Position numbers and translations under genes: made by a program. Positions 28,108-39,982 of a stretch of DNA of 64,000 bases are shown piece by piece (the first letter of the stretch is position 1; every line of letters begins with the position of its first letter). Location: contig OZ024746.1 in NCBI GenBank assembly GCA_964016885.1, positions 16,864,001-16,928,000 of the forward strand, read 5' to 3'. The DNA is from Eledone cirrhosa (taxonomy: Eukaryota). The notes under the pieces are model-generated. The model was given only the letters and a program-made list of their open reading frames with translations. It had not been told where the DNA came from and made no database searches.

Positions 28108-28378
28108 CATCATCATCATCATCATTATCATTTCATTTTACGTCTGCTTTTTCCCTGCTTGCAAGGGTGGGACGGGAACTGATTCTGGCTTGATTTCTAC
28201 AGCTGGATGCCCTTCCTAACACCAACCTCATTTACAGTGAGTGCTGGGTGCTTTTTTTGCCATGGCACCTCCACAACCAGTTTGCAGTGGAATGATATGG
28301 ACCTCAGTCCCTATCATCTCATTTCTACAGCTGAGTAAACTGAGTAAAATAAAGTGTCTTGCTTGGAAACAACACACT
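28108..28378 (-). mobile_element. 5'-truncated tRNA-derived SINE with RTE-type 3' tail
   Basis: Near-identical to the 3' part of 56105-56452; (CAT)n tail. Confidence 0.8.
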
Positions 28379-29278
28379 TTCCATGCTGATGTAAAATGCT
28401 TACAGTGATGAAAATATTTGTTTTCACTTTCTGTACTCTGAGTTCAACTCCTGCAGAGGGCAACTTTGTCCTTTGATCATTTTGAGGCTGAGGAAATAAA
28501 AAACCAGTTCTGAGCAGTGGATTGGTGGAGAGTGTCAGATGAAAAGCCTTGTGCTGTTTGTTCTAGCTTTTTGCTTTTTGAGTTCAAACCCTGCTGTGAC
28601 CTACTTCATCCATCATCCAGTTTAACACCACCATCTGGCAGTAAGCATGCACTACATACAGTATGCATGCATTACATGCACATCCAATGCCTGTAGTATT
28701 GTCCTTGTGTTGTCTGTGCAGTATTGTAGAGTAGACTGAAGCAGGATATATCTGGAATAAATATATTCTTGTCTACTTCAATACTGTGTCTGTTCAAGTG
28801 AAACTAACCTTGACTATTCAATAATAACAACTCCTACATGAAGTAAAGCTGTTAAACAGCTACTTATAACAAGTTATTAACATAATGTAAAGCAAACAAT
28901 TGGACAATAGGGACACAAACTGCTGTGGCAATGGTGAGTACAACCAGCTGAAGGTAAATCACAGAAACAGCATAGTTGTTATTCTAATGTAATTGATTTA
29001 GTTTGTTTGAATTATATTCCTGCATGATTTACAAACTGACTGTGATATAGCGTTTCCCAGGATTCTGTGAAACAGTTCTGGGGTTCTGCAAGATCAGCTG
29101 TCTTTTAGTAAAATTTGATAAATATACTGTATATTGCCATGATGAAAAGCACCCAGTTCATCCTATTACTACTGCTAACAACAAAATGCTTTTGCCTTGA
29201 CTGCAGAAGACCTGTGGAGGTTAGAAAGAAATGAGTTGATGATGATGATATATATTTATATATGTATATATATCAAAT

Positions 29279-29325
<47 letters not shown>

Positions 29326-29328
<3 letters not shown>

Positions 29329-29487
29329 GAAGGAGTTGTGGTAAGGAACCAGATGGACCATAAGCCACCAGAGTACTCAATACTTAGGGTAGTAGAGTGG
29401 GTAATAGGAAAATGTAAGACCCCGACGGCAGATCTCAAGCCGTTTCGACGCCTATTTCTGGAAATATTTCCAGAAATAGCCGTCGAA
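29326..29487 (-). mobile_element. PLE-type element in (TA)n with a hammerhead 3' half and a 44-bp terminal palindrome
   Basis: Minus strand: palindrome (29444-29487)-GAAA-CGGC TTGAGATCT GCCG-TC-GGGG, then a tail containing TATTGAGTACTCT. The CTGANGA half is absent. Confidence 0.65.
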
Positions 29488-30744
29488 TATATATATATAT
29501 ATAATATACCCCAGTCCTCACTGTAAAGTGGTTGTGTTGGTATCACGGCAAAAATCACCCAGCCCACACTATAAAAAGGTTGTATAGGTGTCAGGACAAA
29601 AAGCACCTAGCACACACTGTAAATGGGGTTGGCATAGACGGTGGCACTATAGACGGAGGTACTATAGACTATATCTATAGACTATATCTTTTGGATTAGG
29701 TACAAGGTCAGGTGTTTCTTCAATTGAAACAAAACAAAGCTGTCTTTGAAACTCTAAATGATAGGTTATAGAATCTATTACTATAGCATTCTTCTGTCTT
29801 TGGCCAGTTATATCATTATATGAAGACAAATAAGCACTGTAGAATAGGAGTATGTTGTTGTTTATCATAAAACCAATACTGATCAAGCAGACATATGATG
29901 AAAGACGTTCCAGACATGACTGTCCTGCCATTTGTATATCTAGGATTATATTGTCCAATGTTTTCTTTGGTTTCAAGGTTGTTAGGATGTGATTAGGTTG
30001 CTAGCAGGTTGAGCTACTATTTACTGGATCCCTTGTTAGCTTTGAGAGAAGCAGGAGGCAGTCTTCTAGTGCAGTTTGTGACCTGTTACTGATTACTAAT
30101 TGAAGGGAAATCAATTGAGAAAGACAGGAAATCTATCACTCTGTTACTATGGAAGAAATCAGTTTTAGTGTTCGATTACAAGAATAATTTATCAATTAGA
30201 TAAGAGGTCAGTGGACTATCAGAAATAGTGGCGCACCAACCTTAATAGTTTCTAGTATTTCAGTTTAACCTTTTACACTCCAAGTTTAAATTTTGTTGGA
30301 GTTTGGTTGCCTTTTACCACTTTAGAATTATTATCATACGTTTTTTTTTTCTTTTTCAATGTTGGCAGAAGTTGGACAGGTCTTACTGCATCTTGTCACT
30401 TGTTGCTTTTCTACTTATTTGGCATCGTTTTTATGGCTAGATGCCATTTCTATTGCCAGTCCCCTTTACAGCAAAGACTGCGTGTATTTTATTGTCCCAT
30501 AGAACTAGAGTGCAGTGTGGCACTCTTTCCTCTATCAGATTTCACTTAGTTACTACTCACTGAAGTAGAATACTTTGCTGTAACTTATGGAGTTCACATT
30601 TTCTTTGTTTCTTCTTCCTTCTTGGCATGATTTTTCTTATACATGGTGTCCTTCCTACCACAATGTTCACAATAATCTCAGAAAACCAGAAACAATTCCT
30701 TAAACACTGGCAATACACAGTTAGTGTATATGTATGGATGAATG

Positions 30745-31080
30745 TAGGCATATCTGAGCAATTAAGTAGTTTTTGCAATCACGAGGTTCTGGGTTTGATT
30801 CCAATATGTGGCAACTTGGGTGTTTTTACCATCATAGCTTTGTGGTTGACCTAAGTTTTGTGAGTGAAACTGGGTTAGCAGAAACTATGTGGAAGCCTGT
30901 AGGATGGATTGTACATATATTTCAAAGAGCTGATCTTGTCACATATTGTGTCATACCGATTCATCTTGGGAATTATGTTAGGGCACACGTTTGTGGAATA
31001 CTCAACTACTTCAACATTTATTTGGGAGTTGGATGTTTAATTGATTGAATAACAGAATGTTCATAATCAAAACCAATTGC
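30745..31080 (+). mobile_element. Old tRNA-derived SINE (third family)
   Basis: Degenerate A/B boxes (GGGTTTGATTCC), then TTGTGAGTGAAA..GAAACT.TGTGGAAGCC..CTTGTCACA. Related copies lie at ~24480-25050, ~38530-38700 and ~62920-63200. Confidence 0.55.
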
Positions 31081-31094
31081 AGATCCATCATTGT

Positions 31095-31450
31095 ATATTA
31101 TCATTGTTTTTACATTCATTTTTCCACACTTGCATGGGTTGGATGGGTCCTTCTCAACACAGCAGATCTCCACTCATTGCATTCCTTTGTCATCTCTGTG
31201 AGAGTCAGTGAATTGAGGTCGGCTCTCACAACCTCTGCCCAAATCTATCTAGGTCTACCTCTACTGTGGTTTCCTTTCATTGGCATTTCCTGGTACTTCT
31301 TCACCCAACAATCATTGTCCATGTGCATCATATGTCTATACCAACGCAGTCTTCTCTCCTGCACACCACCTTGTATTCCTCTTAAACCCAGCTTCTCCCT
31401 CAACTTGTCCAAGATCTGCCTTTCTCTCACACTTACATTGCACATCCTGT
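31095..31450 (-). mobile_element. Older RTE LINE 3' fragment
   Basis: MCNVSVRERQ..LREKLGLRGI..ERRLRWY.H..RGRPR is homologous to the young RTE C-terminus. Confidence 0.85.
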
Positions 31451-31947
31451 AATTAAACTTAACAAGGCTTACAAAAATGCTAGTGACAGAGGTGGTTTAG
31501 GGGGCAGGTTAGTATAGAAGGGCTTAAACCTTGCAGTCCTCATGACAGGTTTCATATGCATTATAAAGGCCTTCTTGAGGCAATGTTTTACAGCCAGATG
31601 TCCTTCTTAATTACCTTTTTTAGTTGTTTCTAATGACATGCAGGTATACAGTATACCTATTCTAAACTAGATACACTCACGGTGGTTAAAATATAAAAAT
31701 TTTATTAAATCTATTTATAGATTGAATCATTAACTTTTGCTATCAGTATATGCTCTCTCCTTTTCTTCTACCATTATGTTCAATATTCTGTTTGGTCTTT
31801 TTATTGTTAGTTTTTATTTCTTATTTTTAAAACAAATTATTGGCAACAAGACCCTCCCAAAGTATAACAATATCGGTTTCAACACACGTTTTCAGATAAA
31901 GAATCTTGCTAAACAAATTCAGAAACGAAATATATATATATATAAAA

Positions 31948-32326
31948 GGAGGCACATGGCTTAGAGCATTAGCCTTGCAATCAAAAGATTGTGAGTTCAA
32001 TTCTCAGACTGGGTGATGTGTTGTTTCCTTGAACAAGACACTTTATTTCACATTGCTCCAGTTTACTCAGCTGTAGAAATGAGATGATAGGGACTGGGGT
32101 TCATATCATTCCACTGCAAAGTGGTCGTGGAGGTGCCACGGCAAAAAAGCACCCAGCCCACACTGTAAAGTAGACGTGTAGGCGCCACGGCAAAAAAGCA
32201 CCCACCACTCACTGTAAATGAGGTTGGTGTTAGGAAGGGCATCCAGCTGTAGAAATCAAGCCAGAATCAGTTCCTGTCCCACCCTTGCAAGCAGGGAAAA
32301 GCGGACGTAAAATGAAATGATGATGA
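31948..32326 (+). mobile_element. tRNA-derived SINE with RTE-derived 3' tail
   Basis: Head GGAGGCACATGGCTTAG..GAGTTCAATTCTC, central CCTTGAACAAGACACTTTATTTC, 3' GGTGTTAGGAAGGGCATCCAGCTGTAGAAA shared with the RTE 3' UTR, (GAT)n tail. Confidence 0.85.
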
Positions 32327-32431
32327 ACTGATGGTGAAAAACGAAGTATGTTTGGAATGTGGCAAGCAAAGTTTAGAGTTGAAATATAAATAGAAGCTCT
32401 TTGCCATAATATTTTTGATTATAATATAATG

Positions 32432-32658
32432 TAATTATGGGGCATATAAATCCACTGAATGGAAACAGATGGGTATCAGCAAAATGGGAGACAAACCCGC
32501 ACCTCTTATTTGCCAGATGAGTATGCTGCCATTACACAGCATGTAGTGATCGTGTAATGGTAGCATACTCATCCGGCAAACGAGAGGTATGTGTTTGATT
32601 TCCATGTGTGCTGATACCCATCTTTTTCTGTTCAGTGGGTTTATACAGCCCATTATTA
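32432..32658. mobile_element. Foldback MITE (~105-bp imperfect arms, 14-nt loop)
   Basis: TGGGGCATATAAATCCACTGAA...TGCCATTACAC / GTGTAATGGTAGCA...TTCAGTGGGTTTATACAGCCCA, with a possible TTA target duplication. Confidence 0.75.
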
Positions 32659-32853
32659 GACTATATTATAGTAAAAAAATATTATGGAAAAGCCTCTATT
32701 TCTATTACAATATATATATTTATGTATATATATATGTGTGTGTGTGCATGTGTATGGTGATGATATTTGTGTGTATATATATATATGTATATATATATAC
32801 TTTGCATAATTGTAAAGCAACATATCCATATATTTGTAGCTAAAACACACACA

Positions 32854-33880
32854 AAAATACTCAGTAGAGTCTGGAAATTGGTGGTGTTGGTGCCATGATA
32901 AAATGTACTCAGTACACTCTGGAAATTGGTGGTGTTGGTGCCATGATAAAATGTACTCAGTACACTCTGGAAATTGGTGATGTTGGTGCCATGATAAAAT
33001 GTATTCAGTACACTCTGGAAATTGGTGGTGTTGGTGCCATGATAAAATGTACACAGTACACTCTGGAAATTGGTGGTGTTGGTGCCATGATAAAATGTAC
33101 TCAGTACACTCTGGAAATTGGTGGTGTTGGTGCCATGATAAAATGTACTCAGTACACTCTGGAAATTGGTGATGTTGGTGCCATGATAAAATGTACTCAG
33201 TACACTCTGGAAATTGGTGGTGTTGGTGCCATGATAAAATGTATTCAGTACACTCTGGAAATTGATGTTGGTGCCATGATAAAATGTATTCAGTACACTC
33301 TGGAAATTTGTGGTGTTGGTGCCATGATAAAATGTACTCAGTACACTCTGGAAATTTGTGGTGTTGGTGCCATGATAAAATGTACTCAGTACACTCTGGA
33401 AATTTGTGGTGTTGGTGCCATGATAAAATGTACTCAGTACACTCTGGAAATTGGTGGTGTTGGTGCCATGATAAAATGTACTCAGTACACTCTGGAAATT
33501 TGTGGTGTTGGTGCCATGATAAAATGTACTCAGTACACTCTGGAAATTTGTGGTGTTGGTGCCATGATAAAATGTACTCAGTACACTCTGGAAATTTGTG
33601 GTGTTGGTGCCATGATAAAATGTACTCAGTACACTCTGGAAATTTGTGGTGTTGGTGCCATGATAAAATGTACTCAGTACACTCTGGAAATTTGTGGTGT
33701 TGGTGCCATGATAAAATGTACTCAGTACACTCTGGAAATTTGTGGTGTTGGTGCCATGATAAAATGTACTCAGTACACTCTGGAAATTGGTGGTGTTGGT
33801 ACCATGATAAAATGTTACTCAGTACACTCTGGAAATTGGTGGTGTTGGTGCCATGATAAAATGTACTCAGTATACTCTGT
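32854..33880. repeat. 48-bp minisatellite, about 21 copies
   Basis: Unit GGAAATTKGTGGTGTTGGTGCCATGATAAAATGTACTCAGTACACTCT; ORFs repeat with a 16-aa period. Confidence 0.95.
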
Positions 33881-34187
33881 AACATGATTGGTTTCAAGAA
33901 GGACATCTAGCTGTAGAAACCATGGCAAAAATAGAACAATGAAGCAAGATGTGTTTCTCTGACTCATCTAATTTCAGACAGTGATGATCCATTTAATCCA
34001 TTCCAGTATGGAAGGCAGACATAAAATGATATTTGATTTTAGGTTACAGTTTATCTAATTTAGTTTTTTTGTATAATATGTAGGAGGGTCCTCTTGCTCT
34101 GTTTTGGTTGGTTGACACATCACATCTCTTGGTTTAAAACTACCACCTGGCATATGAACGAATACCTTTAGTAAAGTTTGTTCTGGT

Positions 34188-34460
34188 GCAAGACGTCACA
34201 TCATGTCACTCCCAAACACACTACAGCCTATCATCTACAAATGAACTGGGCCATCTCTACATTACAGTGGCCCATGTTCCTTGAACCTGGCTGATCTAGT
34301 GCCACCGCCATTCAGATGAATACCTTGGGGCAAGACCTCGCATCATGTCACTCCCAAACACACTACAGCATCTCAACTACAGATGAGCTGGGCTCTCTCT
34401 GCATTACAGTAGCCCATGTTCCTTGGAACTGGCTGATCTCGTGCCACCTCCATTCAGATA
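34188..34460. repeat. Diverged tandem duplication of a ~142-bp unit
   Basis: GCAAGAC.TC.CATCATGTCACTCCCAAACACACTACAGC...CCATTCAGAT occurs at 34188 and 34330. Confidence 0.85.
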
Positions 34461-35314
34461 TTATTTGTGACTCGTTCGTCTTTCCTTCTCTCATCAACCA
34501 TATGTTCAGCTAAATCCCAGTCAAAAGACTGAAAGTAGTAAAAGGATAAATTAAGTAAATAGGTACCACAGGAAAAGAGAAATTATCTATAACCAAATTT
34601 GATCACATTGTTCTGAGTCCCAATCTACAGGTGTTAAATTTACTTTTTTCTCTATAAGGGATAAAATAAGACCCAGCCCAGCACTAATAGGTGAAGGGTA
34701 AGGAAAATACAATCTACTGTGTGACATCAGCCCCCTACCCCTCTACAATATCTGGCATTGTACCAATAGGAGAAATTGTCTAAATGTATTACCCCCTCCC
34801 CTAAGACTGCACTTGGTTCTGATTCAAAGGCATTTTCTCTAAAGTGCTTATATTTAAATTTAAATCTTCCACCAGCTTAATAACAAGAAAGTTATTTTAC
34901 TAAATAACTCAAAATACTTGATTATTTTCAAAATTGATTGAAAATCATAGGCAATGTATTTCATTAGAAATATAGCAATGAAAGGGTTGTCAAAAACAGC
35001 TTAAAATATCTTCAGATTTTCAAATTGAAAAACAAAAACGTTTTTTTTTATTTTTAATTTTATGTAATTTCAAATCATCATCATCAGCATCTAATCTATT
35101 TTAATCAATTATCTCAAACTAAATTATCTTGTTGACTGTGACTATGTAAAATGTTGGATTTATAATTCATAGTTTAAAGTCTTAAATTTAGTTTAACGGT
35201 GAATTTGATTTCAGTTAAATTTAATTTCTAGAACAGTAAATCTAATTTCAGTGATGTTAAATCTTTTGACCTATCAGTGATTCTATTATTGCTATTATTA
35301 TTATTATTATTATA

Positions 35315-35522
35315 GCGGTAAATTGGCAATATCGGTAGAGCATCAGACACCATGCTTTGCAGCATAGTTATGGCCCTTTATGTTCTGAGTTCAAATCCTA
35401 CCGAGGTTAGCTTTGCCTTTCATCCTTATGGGGTTGATAAAATAAAGCACCAGGGGTCGATTAAATCGACTTTCCTCTTCCCCAAAATTGCTGGCCTTGA
35501 GCCTGTAGTAGAAATCATTATT
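35315..35522 (+). mobile_element. Meta-domain tRNA SINE, full length
   Basis: A-box TGGCAATATCGG, B-box GAGTTCAAATCC, Meta core, (ATT)n end. Confidence 0.8.
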
Positions 35523-38500
35523 ATTAAAGATGGTGGATTTGGCAGAATTGATAGTCAGACAAATGCTTTGCAGTATTTATTCTGACTCTTTAGGTTCTCA
35601 GTTCAAATCCACCTGCCACTCTCTCTCTCATTTTCCTTTCTATTTATCCTCTTATTTCTCTTGACTGACTTTCTCTCTCCCTGTTCTTTCCTCTTCCTCT
35701 CTCTCCTTGTTCTTTCCTTCTCCTTTATCTTCCATTCTCTCTGTCCCAATTGCTCTCTCTCCCCCCTTCTCTTCTATTATTCTTTCTCTCTTTCTCTTAT
35801 ATTGTTATTTTTCCATCTCTCTCTCTCCCATTACTCTCTCATCCACTTCCTTCCATTGCTTTCTTTACACCACTCCCCCCTCTAACTGCCAATTGTAATA
35901 TATGTTGAAATTATATATATATTTATTTTCATTCATGTTTTTAGTGTTTATTTATTTCATTTCTCTTACACAAATGAAGTATTTTTGTTTGTTTTAATTT
36001 TAAAAATATATAATATATTGCCTTGTTTGCAACTAAATCTCTTAATATGTTAAAATATTTAAATTTCATTCACTGTAAAAGTTCTTATCCAAATCTCAAT
36101 CACTCATTCACTGTTGAATAGATAGTTATATTATGTATAAATAAATACATTAAGTGTAAATAGATGTGATGTATAAATAAGTTAAGAAATGATGATGGAC
36201 TGAATGATGTATGCAAAATATTCTCAATTAATTGGAATTTTCCTCTTTATTGGAGAAGAAAATATAAAGCCTAGTGGTAATTGTTAACAACTCTCAAAGA
36301 AAATGGGAGATAATTTCTATAAATTAAGAATTAAATCATTCCTTGCTATATTTCTAATGAAACCTGTAGTTTTTTTAATAATTATTTTGAAAATTATAAA
36401 TATTTTGGAGGAATTTAGTAAAATAACTAACTTTCTCATTATTAAGCTGATGTTTAGTACATAATGTAACAAAGGTTCTTATATAAAATTGTGATAGAAG
36501 GTTCTTCGATAAATATTAAAAAATAAACAGTTTCATATTGTACAATCAAGGATGATTTCAAGCAGTTTCTTGTCAAAGGAATTCCCTTGGTAAACATTAC
36601 TTTACAAGCTGTGAAGAAAATATGGTCTTTGTTTGCAGGAGAGGAGATACATCAGGACATGTCTACTCAAACCTATTTTTATCAATCAACAGAAGTTCTT
36701 TCATATATAAAAAGAATGTTATACATAGTTTTGGCCAGTAGTATTTTGCATAATTAGAAAGAGGTAAGGAAAGTAATACAAGTGGTCCAGTGACATGAAG
36801 TTTATTGTCACTTTATGGGTGTTAAGTTACTGGGAGTACAAGACAGGGTTACCAGCCTGTTACAAGGTTAACCACCAGCTACTGTGGGTACTAATTGTCA
36901 GTTGAGTGATGAGGAACAACACAAAATCAAGTGTTCTGCTTGAGGACACTTCACATTGCCTGTCTTTGAAATCAAACCCTTTATCTTATAACTGTGAATC
37001 TAACAGCCTAACCACTAGGCTACATGCTTTCACAATGGCATTAATTGTTAAAGCATCAGACAAAATGCTTTGCAGTATTCATTACAACTCTTGCTTTCTG
37101 AGTTCAAATCTTGCTGAAGTCAACATTGCTTTTTATCTTTTCAGGAGTCAATAAAATAATGTACCTGTCATGTACTGGGATCAATTTAATTGACTACCTC
37201 CTCCCACCATATTGCTGGCCTTGTGCCTAAATTAGAAATCATCAAGATGACATCTTAACAAAAGGTTCTTATATCAAATTTTGGTGAAAGATTTTAATTT
37301 AGATTGAAACATTTTAAAACTGGTGGTTTTGTTTCATAGAACCTGGGCCAGTTTTGGACCTGTCGGTATCAAAAGGATTAATAGCATCTCAGTTACAGAA
37401 CATTTTTTTTTTCTTTTGTTCATAAGACGTTATTGCTGGAACTTCTAGACATGCCAGTACATATCAGGAATAACATTAACATTTTTGGCAACTGTCACAT
37501 CTGTGTAACTGTTTTTTATAGAATGTAAGAACTGATTTTTCTCTCAGAAATTATGCCACTTCAACATCGGAAGCATGCAGATACTCAAGTGATGAGATCA
37601 TTGCTGTATTTTCAGTTAATTTGTGATAGAAAATTTCTCCTTCTGATGCATGCAGCTCTTTCTTTCACATAGGATATTGTCCATGAAACTGTGTCCCTAT
37701 GTAGTCATTATCTCTGCTAGTTGAATGTATCATCACACTCCACACTGTTTCCCCAGCCCCCACATCAACCCAATTTCATACCACCAATACACTAATCTCA
37801 TTTTGATCTGTAGTAGCTAGTTATTCATCCCATCTAATTTGTTTCTTTATCTTCATTATTATTTTTGTTTTGCTAAATCGCTTTTTCATTACTTTCTTTG
37901 ATCTTACAAGCTGCACACCTCCCCATATCATCCACCTCATCCCAAGACCTCCATACAAATCAAAACTGTAAGCTATTCCAGTGTTAGTTCTTAATAAGCT
38001 CCAGACTTGATTAAGCATGGTTTATTATCAGCTGGAATCCAATATAATGGCCAGACTATATACACTCGGATGTACATTGGCAATGTGGCAGCTCTAGCTA
38101 ATTCATTGCTATGTAAATTTGTGTGAAAATATCAAGCTCCAAACATATGTGTGAATGTGTGTGCATATGTGTGTCTGTACATTTGTGTGTTGTGTGCGCA
38201 TGTACATATGTGTGTATATGTCTGTGAACGTGTTTGTGTACATATATGTGTGTGTCTGTACATGTGTGTGTATATGTGTGTATATGTGTCTGTACGTATG
38301 TATGTGTGTGCATATGTGAACATCTGTGTGTTTATGTATGTGTGTGGATTTGTACATGGATGTGTGTTTGACTATGTACATGGGTGTTTGTGTAGGTAAA
38401 TACTTTACGCTATCCAACATCCTTTTTAACCCATTTATAACAGATTTAGCAGTGTTTTACAAATGTTGCATGAATTGCCTGCATTCTTGTATGCCAGCTT

Positions 38501-39329
38501 ATATAATATAGCATGCACAATAGATATAGGTAAGTGGTTAAGACATTTGTTTCACTATCGTGAGATTCTGGTTTCAATTCCAGCTTGTGGCATCTTGGGC
38601 CACAAGTGTCTTTTGTCATAGCATTGTGTTGACCTATGTCATTGCATTGATTGTATCTGTACTTCAAAGGTTCAGCTTTGTCACATGATCCACAATAATG
38701 GTATGTTATAAACTTATTGGAGTAGGAAGTCAAAATTACTAATTGTTTTTCCTGGTCATATTAAAGTTATGTCTGTCCCAAGCCCAAAGACTCACTAGGC
38801 CAAAGCTTATGGTTTCCTAGATGTCAAATGATTGGAGTAAAAACGTGACACCAGTCCATTGCTGCCTCTTCTTATATCTGAGTGGACAAAAACAACATGA
38901 AATGAAGTGTTTTACTCAAGGATACAATGTGCAGACCAGCCAAACCCATGTCCTCATTATTGTGGTACAAATAACTGTAACCACTTCGCTGCATGTCTTC
39001 ACTGGTTATATGCAATAAAATCAACATGGTATTTATAAATGAAGTGTTATAAATGAAGTGTGCTCACATTCCTATTCAAATGTATTTTACAAAACTCACA
39101 TGGGGTTGCTGACCATATCTCTAATGAATTACACTCTTTTTTAATTAATTAACAAAGAATTTTGAAGGATTTAGTAAAATTAATAATTATTACAATGCTA
39201 AGATAATATCATATAAAAATTATTTTGGAAGATTTCAACTTAATTAGGAACCCTTTACAATGTGTGGTTTTGTTTCATAGAACCAGAACTGGTTTGGTAT
39301 TAAAGAGGTTAACAATATTGAAATACTGT

Positions 39330-39948
39330 TAATAATTGTTTCTACTTTTTTGGCACAAGGCCAGCAATTACCCAGTGCATTATCGACCCCGTAAGGATGA
39401 AAGGCAAAGTTAACCCCGGCAGGATTTGAACTCAGAATGGCAAGGGCTGTAACTCCATGCGTCAAAGCATGGTGTCCGACCCTCTACCGATACTGAAATA
39501 CTGTTAATAATGGTTTCTGATTTAGGCACAAGGCCAACAATTTTTGGGGAAGGAAAAGCCAATTAAATTGCCTCCAGTGCATTACTGGTACTTTATTTTA
39601 TTGACCCTATAAGGATGAAAGGCAAAACTAACCTCGGTGGAATTTGAACTCAGAATGTAAAGGGACGTAACTATATGCCGCAAAGCATGTTGTCCTATGT
39701 TTTACTGATACTACCAATCACTGTTAATAATGGTTTCTTATATAGGCACACGGTCATCAATTTTGGGGGAAGGGAAAGTCGATTAAATCGACCCCAGTGA
39801 GTGACTGGTACTTTATTTTATCGACTTGTAAAGATGAAAGGGAAAGTTAACCTTGGCGGGATTTGAACTCAGATCATAAAGGGCTGTAACTCTATGCTGC
39901 AAACCATGGTGTCCGACCCTCTACCGATACTGCTAATCCACCGCCTTA
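39330..39948 (-). mobile_element. Three head-to-tail Meta-domain SINEs with TSDs
   Basis: Copies at ~39337-39493, ~39512-39716 and ~39733-39948; duplicated flanks TGAAATACTGTTAATAAT and AATCACTGTTAATAATG. Confidence 0.85.
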
Positions 39949-39982
39949 GAATCACTGTTAATAATGCCATCAATTTCTATAC

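Noticed and set aside
32656-33906. 416-aa and 330-aa repeat proteins, or a CRISPR-like array
   Set aside because: A 48-bp tandem repeat with no unique spacers or cas genes; open frames follow from the unit length being a multiple of 3
37821-38018. 65-aa ORF containing GGLGM
   Set aside because: At most a decayed retroelement scrap; no other diagnostic motif
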